A program made the position numbers and the translations under genes. Of a stretch of DNA of 64,000 bases, positions 37,959-46,256 are shown in pieces. The notes below the pieces were generated by a model. The model had not been told where the DNA came from, did not search any database, and was given only the letters and a program-made list of their open reading frames with translations. Location of the stretch: assembly GCA_035540975.1 (NCBI GenBank), contig DATLFN010000136.1, positions 856 through 64,855 of the forward strand, read 5' to 3'. Within the stretch, counting starts at the first letter, position 1. Each line of letters opens with the position of its first letter. The stretch is from Acidimicrobiales bacterium. GTDB lineage: Bacteria > Actinomycetota > Acidimicrobiia > Acidimicrobiales > GCA-2861595.

Positions 37959-39233
37959 ATGGGAAGGCACCGTCGGGCGCCGGGGGGCCGAGCCGGCGAG
38001 GGGGGCTTCACGCTCATCGAGCTGCTGGTCGTGGTCGTGATCCTCGGGGTCCTCGCCGGGGTCGTCGTGTTCTCCGTCAGCGGGATCAACGACAAGGGCG
38101 AGGAGTCGGCTTTGCGGACCGACGCCCGTACGCTCGTCAGCGCTCAGGAGGCCCACTGCGCGCAGAAGAGCGGCTACGCGTCGGAAAGCGGGCTCGTGAC
38201 CGCCGGCCTGCTGTCCAACGAGTCCGTGAACCACGACATCGTGTTGAACTCGGCCGGCCGGTGCGGCGAAGGGATGGGATCGGGCTTCGCCATCGAGTGC
38301 GTCGCCGACGCCCAGGTGTGCGCCGCCGAGGGCATAACGGTCGTGGACTCGGCCGGCGTGGCGGTAACCGTCCCGTCTCCTCCGCAAAGGGTCGTGTGTC
38401 TGGTGGGGGCCTGCGAGGATGTCCTCGCCGCCCTTGGCGCCACCGACCGGATGGTGATCCGATCGGTCGACTCCACCAACACGCCCGCCGCCATCGCGGC
38501 GTACGGAACGGCGGGCATCCCAACGATCAACAGCGCCGGGTTCGGCTTCCAGGACGAGGATCTGGAGCAGATCGCGGCGGCCGACCCCGACCTGGTGATC
38601 GGGCTCGGGCCGTTCCAGGGCTACCTGCGCCCTGCGCTGGAGCCGATCGCTCCGTTCTTCGACCTCGACATCGGCTCTTACCAGATGGCGATCACGAACC
38701 TCTACCGCGTCGGACAGCTCCTCGGGCTCAATGAAGCGGCCGAGGCTGGGGCGCAACTACTCCGCGACCAGATCGACGACTACGCCGATCTCTCCCCCCG
38801 CAACCGCACACCGATCGACGTCTACCCCTTCTTCTTCTTCGGCATCGAGATCCTGGCCGACAGCACCGAATCGCAGGGTGGTTCATTGTGGGCGACCCAG
38901 GGCCCCTATCCCTGGCCGGCGTACACGTCGAATTCCTCCTACCACTCCGGTGGGCAGATCACCTTCGACCTGGCGCGGGTGGCCGAGGTGGATCCTGACG
39001 CCATCTTCATCATCCGCTCCAACCGGTCGACGACCACGGCGAACGACGACTTCCGGCCCGCCAACCCGGCGGTGTGGGACAGCCTCGCGGCGGTCCGGAA
39101 CGGCCGCGTGTACGAGGGGCCCGACGTGAAGAGCTGGCCCTGGGCAACGGGCGGCACCATCTCGGCCAAGGAGACGCTCGATCGGGGAATGAAGCTGCTG
39201 TACCCCGAGGTCGGGGCCTTCCCTCTTCCCTAG
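37959..39233 (+). CDS. type IV prepilin-like N-terminal module fused to a cluster-A (FhuD/FepB/BtuF-like) ABC substrate-binding domain
   Basis: ATG 37959 follows AGGGGGG and lies 14 nt after the lipoprotein stop. The leader is MGRHRRAPGGRAGEGG, followed by FTLIELLVVVVILGVLAGVVVFSV (Gly at -1, Phe at +1, Glu at +5). A Cys-containing pilin-like head of about 90 aa follows (residues about 40-125). From residue about 126 (nt 38334) comes the binding domain: ITVVDSAGVAVTVPSPPQRVVCLVGACEDVLAALGATDRMV...ADPDLVIGL...VDPDAIFIIRS...WDSLAAVRNGRVYEG. An alternative ATG at 37920 would only lengthen the leader. Confidence 0.85.
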   Translation: MGRHRRAPGGRAGEGGFTLIELLVVVVILGVLAGVVVFSVSGINDKGEESALRTDARTLVSAQEAHCAQKSGYASESGLVTAGLLSNESVNHDIVLNSAGRCGEGMGSGFAIECVADAQVCAAEGITVVDSAGVAVTVPSPPQRVVCLVGACEDVLAALGATDRMVIRSVDSTNTPAAIAAYGTAGIPTINSAGFGFQDEDLEQIAAADPDLVIGLGPFQGYLRPALEPIAPFFDLDIGSYQMAITNLYRVGQLLGLNEAAEAGAQLLRDQIDDYADLSPRNRTPIDVYPFFFFGIEILADSTESQGGSLWATQGPYPWPAYTSNSSYHSGGQITFDLARVAEVDPDAIFIIRSNRSTTTANDDFRPANPAVWDSLAAVRNGRVYEGPDVKSWPWATGGTISAKETLDRGMKLLYPEVGAFPLP

Positions 39234-39442
39234 GATGCACCGTGGCGTGACCACTGCCTCGCAGCGCCCTGCCGCCGGCGGTCGCGCGGCGCGCCCACCG
39301 AGAACCCTGTCGTGTCGGAGCCCATACGGTCGCCCGTCGGGCCACGCGAGGGGGCGGCGGCGGCTGTCCCCGGGAGCCTGACACGCCGGCCACCCGACCC
39401 GCCGGCGGGACAGAGGGCGAAAATGCCCGCTTCGTCGCGTGG

Positions 39443-40423
39443 ATGATCGGGCTGATCGCCGCCCTGGCGACCGTGGCACTGGTCACGCTGCTTGCCGGGA
39501 TTCCCGCCCTGTCGCTGCCCGAGCTACGCGATGCGCTCGCCGGCACCGGGGACGAGCGGGCCGCGCTGGGAGTGCGTCACCTCCGCCTGCCCCGTCTCGT
39601 GCTGGCCGTCTGCGGAGGCGCAGGACTCGGGCTCGCGGGTGCGCTCGCCCAGGACAGCCTGCGCAATCCCCTGGCCGGCCCCGAACTGCTCGGCATCTCG
39701 TCCGGAGCGGCCACCGTGGCGGCGGCGGTCATCGTGTTCGAGATGCCCGTGCCCTTCACCGTCCTGCCCTTCCTGACGCTGGCGGGCGGGCTCCTCAGCG
39801 CCGGCGTGGTGCTCGCGGTGATGACCCGTCTGCGGTGCCCACCGAGCTCGCCCGTCCTGGTGCTCGCCGGCGCGGCCCTGTCGGCGGCCTTCGGTGCGGC
39901 GGTGACGATGATCGTCACCTTCGGGGAGCGGCAGGAGGTTGGTGCGGTACTGCGCTTCCTCACCGGGAGCCTGGCCGGCAGCGGGTGGCCCAGCGTTCGC
40001 GTGGCGCTGCCATGGCTCGCTGTCGGCATCCCGGCGGCGCTGATGCTGGCCCGACCGCTCAACCTGCTCCGCACCGGAGACGACCTGGCCGAGGGCGCCG
40101 GCCTCGCGGTGGTGCCGGCTCGTGCCGCGGCGCTGGGCCTCTGCGCCGTGCTGACGGCGGCGCTGGTCGCCGTCGCCGGTGCCATCGGGTTCGTCGCCCT
40201 GTCGGCGCCTCACATCGCCCGGCGCCTCCTCGGGACCACCGATGCCCGCCGGGTGCTGCCGATGGCCGCCGTCGTGGGCGCGTTGCTCCTCGCGGGCGCC
40301 GACCTCGCCGCCCGTCTTGCCTTCTCGCCCGTCGAGGTTTCGGTCGGGCTGTGGACGGGCATCGTGGGTGGTCCCGTCCTGCTGGCCGTGCTGAGGGCTC
40401 AGCTCCGGGGTTCCGGGGAATGA
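39443..40423 (+). CDS. FecCD-family ABC transporter permease
   Basis: ORF 39443..40423 reads RLPRLVLAVCGGAGLGLAGALAQDSLRNPLAGPELLGISSGAA...GAIGFVALSAPHIARRL...GLWTGIVGGPVLLAVL. Confidence 0.9.
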   Translation: MIGLIAALATVALVTLLAGIPALSLPELRDALAGTGDERAALGVRHLRLPRLVLAVCGGAGLGLAGALAQDSLRNPLAGPELLGISSGAATVAAAVIVFEMPVPFTVLPFLTLAGGLLSAGVVLAVMTRLRCPPSSPVLVLAGAALSAAFGAAVTMIVTFGERQEVGAVLRFLTGSLAGSGWPSVRVALPWLAVGIPAALMLARPLNLLRTGDDLAEGAGLAVVPARAAALGLCAVLTAALVAVAGAIGFVALSAPHIARRLLGTTDARRVLPMAAVVGALLLAGADLAARLAFSPVEVSVGLWTGIVGGPVLLAVLRAQLRGSGE

Positions 40424-41538
40424 CCGGCGGTCCGGACCTCACGTCTGGAGGGCCTCGTTCCTCCGTGCCTTCACCTGGCGAAGCCGGCGGATCGGCCGGG
40501 GAGCGGCCTCCGGCGTTGGTCCGGCACTTCGGCCTGGTGATGGCCGGCGGCATCGCGGTGACCGGCGTGCTGGTGATGCTCTCGGCCGCTGTCGGGACGA
40601 CGCGGGTGAGCCCCGCCGACGTCGTCGCAGCGCTCGTCGGGCACCCGGTGTCGGAGCTCCACCGCCAGGTGGTCCTCGAGCTGCGCCTGCCCCGGGCCCT
40701 GGTCGCCGTCGTCGCAGGCGGCTGCCTGGGGTTGGCCGGCGCACTCTCGCAGGCCGTCACGCGCAACCCATTGGCGTCGCCCGATCTCACCGGCGTCGCT
40801 GCCGGTGTCGTGTTCTGCACCGTCTCGTGGATCGCGAGCGGCCCGACCCTCGGCGCCACCCCCGATCAGCTGCTCCTCCAACCCACGGTCGTGATCGTCG
40901 GTGGCGTGGGTGGGGCGGGAACCGGTTGGGTCGTCTACGCGTTGTCGGCTCGGCGGCGTGGTGACCCCGTCGCCCTGGTGTTGACCGGCGTCGTCGTCGC
41001 CCTGTTGCTCGGGACCGCCACCGCCTTCGTGTTGATGCTGTCGCCGACCAGCGCCACCCTGAGCGCCTATTACTGGTTCGTCGGCTCCCTCAACGCCCGG
41101 GCATGGGCCCACTGGGCGGTTCTGTGGCCCTGGGCGGCGATCACGGTCTGCGCCGCCCTCGTCGGCTCCAGCCGAGCGAACGTGTTGCAGCTGGGCGACG
41201 ACGTGGCCACCGGTCTCGGTGTCGACCCCGAGCGGACCCGCCTCGGGCTCTTCCTGATCTCAGCCGTCATGACCGCCGGCGCCCTCGTCGTCGTCGGCGC
41301 CATCGCCTTCGTCGGCCTCATCGCTCCCCATGTGGCCCGTGGCCTCGTCGGCCACGACCTACGCCGCGTCCAACCACTCAGCTTCGTGATCGGCGCGGCA
41401 TTGCTGTGCGGCGGAGACTTGGCGGCGCGGTCAGTGGCTCAGCGACCGCTCCCGACCGGGGTCGTCACGGCGGTCCTCGGCGCCGGCTTCTTCATGTTCC
41501 TGCTGTTGCGCCGCCCGGTTCCGGGACCGTCGGCATGA
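40420..41538 (+). CDS. FecCD-family ABC transporter permease
   Basis: ATG 40420 (ATGA overlap). [41 protein letters not shown]...GAIAFVGLIAPHVARGL...GVVTAVLGAGFFMFLL. Confidence 0.9.
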   Translation: MTGGPDLTSGGPRSSVPSPGEAGGSAGERPPALVRHFGLVMAGGIAVTGVLVMLSAAVGTTRVSPADVVAALVGHPVSELHRQVVLELRLPRALVAVVAGGCLGLAGALSQAVTRNPLASPDLTGVAAGVVFCTVSWIASGPTLGATPDQLLLQPTVVIVGGVGGAGTGWVVYALSARRRGDPVALVLTGVVVALLLGTATAFVLMLSPTSATLSAYYWFVGSLNARAWAHWAVLWPWAAITVCAALVGSSRANVLQLGDDVATGLGVDPERTRLGLFLISAVMTAGALVVVGAIAFVGLIAPHVARGLVGHDLRRVQPLSFVIGAALLCGGDLAARSVAQRPLPTGVVTAVLGAGFFMFLLLRRPVPGPSA

Positions 41539-42383
41539 CCGAGAAGCCGACCGGCGGGCCCAGCCTCGCCGCCGAGGACGTCGTCGTCCGCTACGGGCCG
41601 AGAACGGCCCTCGGTCCCGTCGCGCTGGAGTTCGAGCCGTCGACCACCACCGCCGTCGTGGGGCCGAACGGTTGCGGCAAGTCGACCCTGCTCCGATCGC
41701 TGGCTCGCCTCGTGACCCCTTCGGTCGGGACCGTCTACCTCGACGGTGCCGCCATCACCAACCTCCCGACCCGGGCCGTCGCCCGCAGCCTCGCCGTGCT
41801 TCCGCAGGCTCCTTCGACCCCCGACGGGGTCACGGTCGCCGAGCTGGTCGAACAGGGCCGGTACGCCCACGTCGGGCCGCTGCGGATGCTGCGGCGCCGC
41901 GACTACGACGCCGTCGAGCGGGCCCTCGAGGTCACCGGGGTGGCGAGGTTCCGGCACCGCACCATGGACCGGCTCTCCGGTGGCGAGCGCCAGCGGGCCT
42001 GGATCGCGGTGACGCTCGCCCAGGAGCCCCAGATCATGCTCCTCGACGAGCCGACCACCTTCCTCGACATCCGCCACCAGCTCGAGATCCTCGAGCTGAT
42101 CAGGAGGCTGAACCATGAGCGGGGGATCACCATCGTGGTCGCCCTCCACGACGTCAACCACGCCGCTCGGTACGCCGACCGCCTGGTCGCCCTCAAGGGC
42201 GGCGCCGTCGTCGCTGATGGACCGCCCGCGGCGCTCCTCACACCCCAGCTCATCGAGGCCGTCTTCGACGTCTCCGCCACGGTTTTGCGCGATCCCCGTA
42301 CCGGTGTTCCGGTGTGCATCCCGTACCTGCCTGCCGGCCGAGCGACCTCCATGCCGGACGACCGCCCCGGAGCCATGGCGTGA
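41535..42383 (+). CDS. ABC transporter ATP-binding protein (FepC/BtuD type)
   Basis: ATG 41535 (ATGA overlap). Walker [13 protein letters not shown], signature LSGGERQR, Walker [13 protein letters not shown], then ALHDVN. Confidence 0.9.
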   Translation: MTEKPTGGPSLAAEDVVVRYGPRTALGPVALEFEPSTTTAVVGPNGCGKSTLLRSLARLVTPSVGTVYLDGAAITNLPTRAVARSLAVLPQAPSTPDGVTVAELVEQGRYAHVGPLRMLRRRDYDAVERALEVTGVARFRHRTMDRLSGGERQRAWIAVTLAQEPQIMLLDEPTTFLDIRHQLEILELIRRLNHERGITIVVALHDVNHAARYADRLVALKGGAVVADGPPAALLTPQLIEAVFDVSATVLRDPRTGVPVCIPYLPAGRATSMPDDRPGAMA

Positions 42384-43183
42384 TCCGAGAGACCACCCTG
42401 AGGGTCGTGACGTGGAACGTCTGGCTGCGCTTCGGGCCCTGGCGGCGTCGCCAGACGGCGATCGAGAGCACACTCGCCGGGCTCGCACCCGACATCGTGG
42501 CGCTCCAGGAGGTCTGGCGGGAGCCGGGTGGGACCGATCAGGCACGGCTGCTCGGTGAGGCGCTGGAGATGTACCACCACTACAGCCACTGCTCCACGCT
42601 CGACGGGCTGGAGATCGGGAACGCGGTTCTCTCGCGCTGGCCGATTACCTGCGTCGAAGAGTTGGTGCTGCCCGGGCCCCGGGACAGCGGTGAGCGGCGC
42701 CGTTGCGTCACCCTCGCCAGGATCAGCGGGCCAAGGGGTGACGTCCCCTTTTGCACCACCCACCTCGCCCACGACTACGCGGACAGCGGCCTGCGCCAGC
42801 AGCAGGCGCGCGCCGTCGCCCGGTTCGTGGCGTGCCATGCCAACGGCGGCTTCCCGTCGGTCCTTGCCGGCGACCTCAATGCCGACCCCACGTGCGACGA
42901 GGTCCGGATGCTCACGGGCCGCTGCGCGGTGCCCGTCCCGGGGCTCGTCTTCCACGACGCCTGGGACATCGCGGGGTCCGGTGACGGGCACACCTGGTCG
43001 AATGACAATCCGCATGCACGGTCGAGCCTGGCCCCGTCACGTCGGATCGACTACGTACTCGTCGGGCTCACCGGCCCCCATGGAGTCGGCCACGTCGTCA
43101 GCGCCACTCTTGCGGGCGTGAGCCCGGTCGACGGCATGGTCGCCTCCGACCACTACGCCGTCGTCGCCGATCTCCGGTACTGA
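42380..43183 (+). CDS. endonuclease/exonuclease/phosphatase (EEP) family protein
   Basis: GTG 42380 (GTGA overlap with the ATPase stop). LRVVTWNVW...DIVALQEVW...LAGDLNADP...RIDYVL...SDHYAVVADL. Confidence 0.8.
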   Translation: MIRETTLRVVTWNVWLRFGPWRRRQTAIESTLAGLAPDIVALQEVWREPGGTDQARLLGEALEMYHHYSHCSTLDGLEIGNAVLSRWPITCVEELVLPGPRDSGERRRCVTLARISGPRGDVPFCTTHLAHDYADSGLRQQQARAVARFVACHANGGFPSVLAGDLNADPTCDEVRMLTGRCAVPVPGLVFHDAWDIAGSGDGHTWSNDNPHARSSLAPSRRIDYVLVGLTGPHGVGHVVSATLAGVSPVDGMVASDHYAVVADLRY

Positions 43184-43283
43184 AGTGACGCCGGCGGTCC
43201 GAGCCGAGACGTCCGGCCTGCCGGCGTGAGGTTCGCCGCGAACGTACGAGCCCCCCTTATCCCATGGATTCAAACATCAAGCG

Positions 43284-43636
43284 GTGGTTCTCGGGCTCTT
43301 CCGCCGCCAGGCCGTCGTCGACGCCGCCGGGTGGGACACCAACACGGTGGGGGAGGACGCCGAGCTCGTCCTGCGGCTGCACCGCACCCGGCGCGAGCAG
43401 GGAAAGGCGTGCCGGATCACGTTCTTCCCCGACCTCATCTGGTTGGACCGAAGCGCCCGGCGACTTGAAGACGCTCATCCGACAGCGAAAACCGCTGGCA
43501 GCGGGGGCTGACCGAGATGATCGTGCGCCATCGCACCATGGTCGGCAGCCCGCGCTATGGCCGGATCGGCCTGGTGGCGCTGCCCTACTTCGTGGTCTTC
43601 GAGCTCCTCCGGCCGGTGATCGAGCTGGCGGGCTAA
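43284..43636 (+). pseudogene. fragment of a family-2 glycosyltransferase (PgaC/IcaA-like), 5'-truncated and frameshifted
   Basis: Three plus frames each carry a piece. FRRQAVVDAAGWDTNTVGEDAELVLRLHRTRREQGKACRITFFPD is followed by WTEAPGDLKTLIRQRK. The last piece is (R)WQRGLTEMIVRHRTMVGSPRYGRIGLVALPYFVVFELLRPVIELAG-TAA. Two frameshifts lie within about 60 nt, and the N-terminal catalytic half is absent. Confidence 0.55.
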
Positions 43637-43695
43637 CGCCGCCCTGATCGCCAGCGTCTGCTTCGGTCTCGCCTCGCTCCGGCCGGCCGAGCTCG

Positions 43696-44316
43696 TCAAA
43701 CTCCGGTAGCGGCGCCAGCTGGTTCAGCGCCAGGAGAGGGCGGCCTCTCGGTGTAGTTGTCGCCGAGGGGAGCGCAGCCGGGGACATTCACGACCGGGAG
43801 CCCGGCGGCGGAGCGGTACTCGTCTCCGAGAAAGGCTCCCACGCCCATCGCTCCCGTCGGGTTTCCCTTCCCGGAGGGGACTCCACCCCACGCCCCGCAC
43901 GTGCCGACAGCGACGAGAGCGGCCGCTCGAGGGGCGAGCCGGCGCAGCCAGTCGTTGCTCGTGCCCTGGCCGCCATCGCCGGAAGTGCCCAGGCCCGACC
44001 AGAACCCGTCGCCGACGGTGCGCTCGTCGCACACCGAGCCCTCCCAGGTGATGACGTAGGGGGCGTCGAGCTCGCCCCGCTCGGTCAGCTCGAGGTGCAC
44101 CAAGGCGGCGAACGGGCGCCCGAGGAGGCCCTGCGGCCACCGGCCGAGCATGGTTTCCAGGGCATGGCTGCCGTACTCGACCGTGCCGTCGTCAGCGAGC
44201 AGGGCGGTGATATCGGGCGAACGCTCGACCACGGCGACCAGTGCCGCGTGCGCGCGCCGCCAGGACTCTGCGGTGTCGGTCACGGCCGGACAGCGACGGC
44301 TCGGGTCTGGTGGCAC
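43696..44316 (-). pseudogene. chimeric ORF: PAS-like fragment joined to an internal fragment of a [NiFe]-hydrogenase small subunit
   Basis: ORF 43696..44316. The C-terminal half, APYVITWEGSVC...WLRRLAPRAAALVAVGTCGAWGGVPSGKGNPTGAMGVGAFLGDEYRSAAGLPVVNVPGCAPLGDNYTE, matches the flavodoxin-like portion of the hydrogenase small subunit. The N-terminal CxxC region and the whole distal Fe-S domain are missing. The N-terminal half (VERSPDITALLADDGTVEYGSHALETMLG) is PAS-like. Confidence 0.45.
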
Positions 44317-44558
44317 CCCGTGGCGGCACGCGCCCCATTCCGGAGGACGCGGCCTCCCTCGAGGATGCGAACCCGACGGCGAGGACCCGCGGGGGCCGCT
44401 CCATCAGTCCGCATCCACCTGTATCGGCAGTTGCGCGCCGTCGCTGAAGAGGAGAACCGGTCGTACTGAGACGCTCGCCGTGCGCCTGCGCCAGTCAGCG
44501 CTCGAGCCGATCCGTCCCTGCCCCGTCGTAGGCGCCCTCGCCCCTACGATCACGCGCC

Positions 44559-45740
44559 GTGGTTCGGTGCCCGGGCTGCGGCGCAGCCGTGTCGGAGTGG
44601 GCTGCTCGATGCCCGGAGTGCGACGCCGATGTCCGGGCCGCTCCGGTGCTGGAAGTGCCGGTCGAGCGTGCACCCGCTTCCCGCCTGCCCCGCGTCCCGC
44701 CGGCGAGTGTCGTCGTCGCCGTCGTCGTTGTGGCCGTCACCGCGGCTGTCGTTCGACAGGGTGACGACGCCGCGCCGCCGGCGGGCGGCTCGGCGTGGGC
44801 CGAGACGAGTACGGCTGCGCCTACCACGACCGGCCCGGGCCGCGGAGAGGCCAGATCCTTCGTCGAGCCTCCCCGGACGTTCCGGACGGGGCGCTCCGTC
44901 ATGTCGGAACTGCCCGTCGAGGCCTATCCCGAGCATCCGCTCGCGCTCGGGGCGTCCTTCGTCTTCACGTCGGCCGGCCAGGCGCGGCTCGCCGGCGCCG
45001 TGGACCCGGCCCCGGCTCCCGGCTCGTCGTGCGGATGCTCGGCGCTGCTGACTCGGTCCTTCCCGCCGATCACCCCGGGGCCGTCCGGCTCGTCCGCGGC
45101 CAGCCGCCCTCGCCGGTCGAGGTCGAGCTGGTCAGTGGCGGCGGGGACCGTCTGGCGCCCCCGTCGCGCTCCCGCCGGTACGGCGCCCGTCGTCGCCGCC
45201 GGGCCGGACCGGCTCGTGCTGCAACGAGTCGACGGGACGCTCGTCCCTACGACACCCGGCCCGACGCATCAGCGACGGCCTCGGGCGTGCCGGTGACGTC
45301 CTCGATGCCCACGGGCGCGTGGTCGCGTGGGTGACCGAGGCCCATGGACGGTGCGTCGGAGCGACCGCCTGCGCGCTGCACCTGCCGACGTCGACTCGGG
45401 CCGTGACCGGGTCGTCGCCGCGCCGCCCGGGTCGGAGTAGGTGCGCGGCGGAACGTTCTCTCCGGACGGGACGAAGCTGGCCGCGTTCGCAGCGGCCGCC
45501 GGCGCCGCAGAGGCGGGTGCCGCTCGTCTCGGGACGATCGACGTGGCCACCGTCGGCACGCTCGAGATCCCCGGCTCGGAGGTCCCCGTGGGGGAGCCAG
45601 TGGTGGCAGCGGCGTGGTCGCGCACTTCCGGCTGGCTGTTGTACTCGGGCCTCGGCGGATCCCTTCGCGCCCACTTCCCGGGGTCCTCCTCGGCGCCATC
45701 ACTCGACCTTCCGTCCTCGTACACCTTTGCTGCGAACTGA
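44559..45740 (+). pseudogene. zinc-ribbon / TM-anchored protein with TolB-like C-terminus, apparently disrupted by frameshifts and an in-frame TAG
   Basis: The N-terminus VRCPGCGAAVSEWAARCPECDADV plus the TM segment VVVAVVVVAVTAAVV are in frame 0. Plausible protein segments then alternate between frames, for example RLVVRMLGAADSVLPADHPGAVRLV in another frame. Frame 0 resumes as DVDSGRDRVVAAPPGSE-TAG-VRGGTFSPDGTKLAAF...WSRTSGWLLYSG. The reconstruction is tentative. Confidence 0.35.
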
Positions 45741-46256
45741 GAAGTGCTGGGCCGCCCTGCCGGGGTCCACGCGACGCGCCCCATCGGTCCGATCGGTCCG
45801 GTGCGGCCGGCTCGGCAGCGACGCGGCGTACGGGACGATCACGGCCGTCACCCCGGGGAGCGGTTGAAGGAGATGGGCGATGCGCCGGGCGCTGCGCCGG
45901 TGCAGCAGTGGGTGCCACCACCGGTCGAAGTCCAGCTCCGGCACGACCACCGTCACGTGCCGGGCTGATGCCGATTGCTGCCCGACGGCGGCGCGGAGCG
46001 AGTCGCCGAGGGCCTCGGCCGATGCGTCGTGGACGTGGAGGGGCAGCCAGGTGAGGCCGAGCTCCATCCAGTCCCCGGCCAGTCTGCGCGTCTCGGCAGC
46101 GTCGACCGAGACGTGCAGGGCCCGCACGTCGGTGTCGGGAAGCCGGGACACGAACCGCAGCGCCGGAAGGATGCGGCGGTCGACCACCGACACCAGCACG
46201 ATGGCCGTGTGGCGCCGATCCGCCGGGCGCTCAACGACCGGGTCGCGCTTCGCCAT
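45699..46256 (-). CDS. stand-alone paralog of the cytoplasmic C-terminal domain of the adjacent KimA-like transporter
   Basis: ORF 45699..46256: HTAIVLVSVVDRRILPALRFVSRLPDTDVRALHVSVDAAETRRLAGDWMELGL...HVTVVVPELDFDRWWHPLLHRRSARRIAHLL...AVIVPY aligns by eye with the transporter tail HTVVVLVGRVHRGTIEALDYARSLRPNHLTAVHVSS...TVTIVIPEFVTGRLLSPTQLLHNQSAAALKLAL...VVTSVPY. The start overlaps the transporter 3' end by 26 nt. Confidence 0.7.
   Translation of the reverse strand: MAKRDPVVERPADRRHTAIVLVSVVDRRILPALRFVSRLPDTDVRALHVSVDAAETRRLAGDWMELGLTWLPLHVHDASAEALGDSLRAAVGQQSASARHVTVVVPELDFDRWWHPLLHRRSARRIAHLLQPLPGVTAVIVPYAASLPSRPHRTDRTDGARRVDPGRAAQHFSVRSKGVRGRKVE

Noticed and set aside
43255-43290. T-loop-like TTTGAATCC on the minus strand: possible tRNA 3' fragment or att site at the island edge
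   Set aside because: I could not fold a T-stem longer than 3 bp, and there is no acceptor stem or CCA context. This needs tRNAscan/ARAGORN before any claim.
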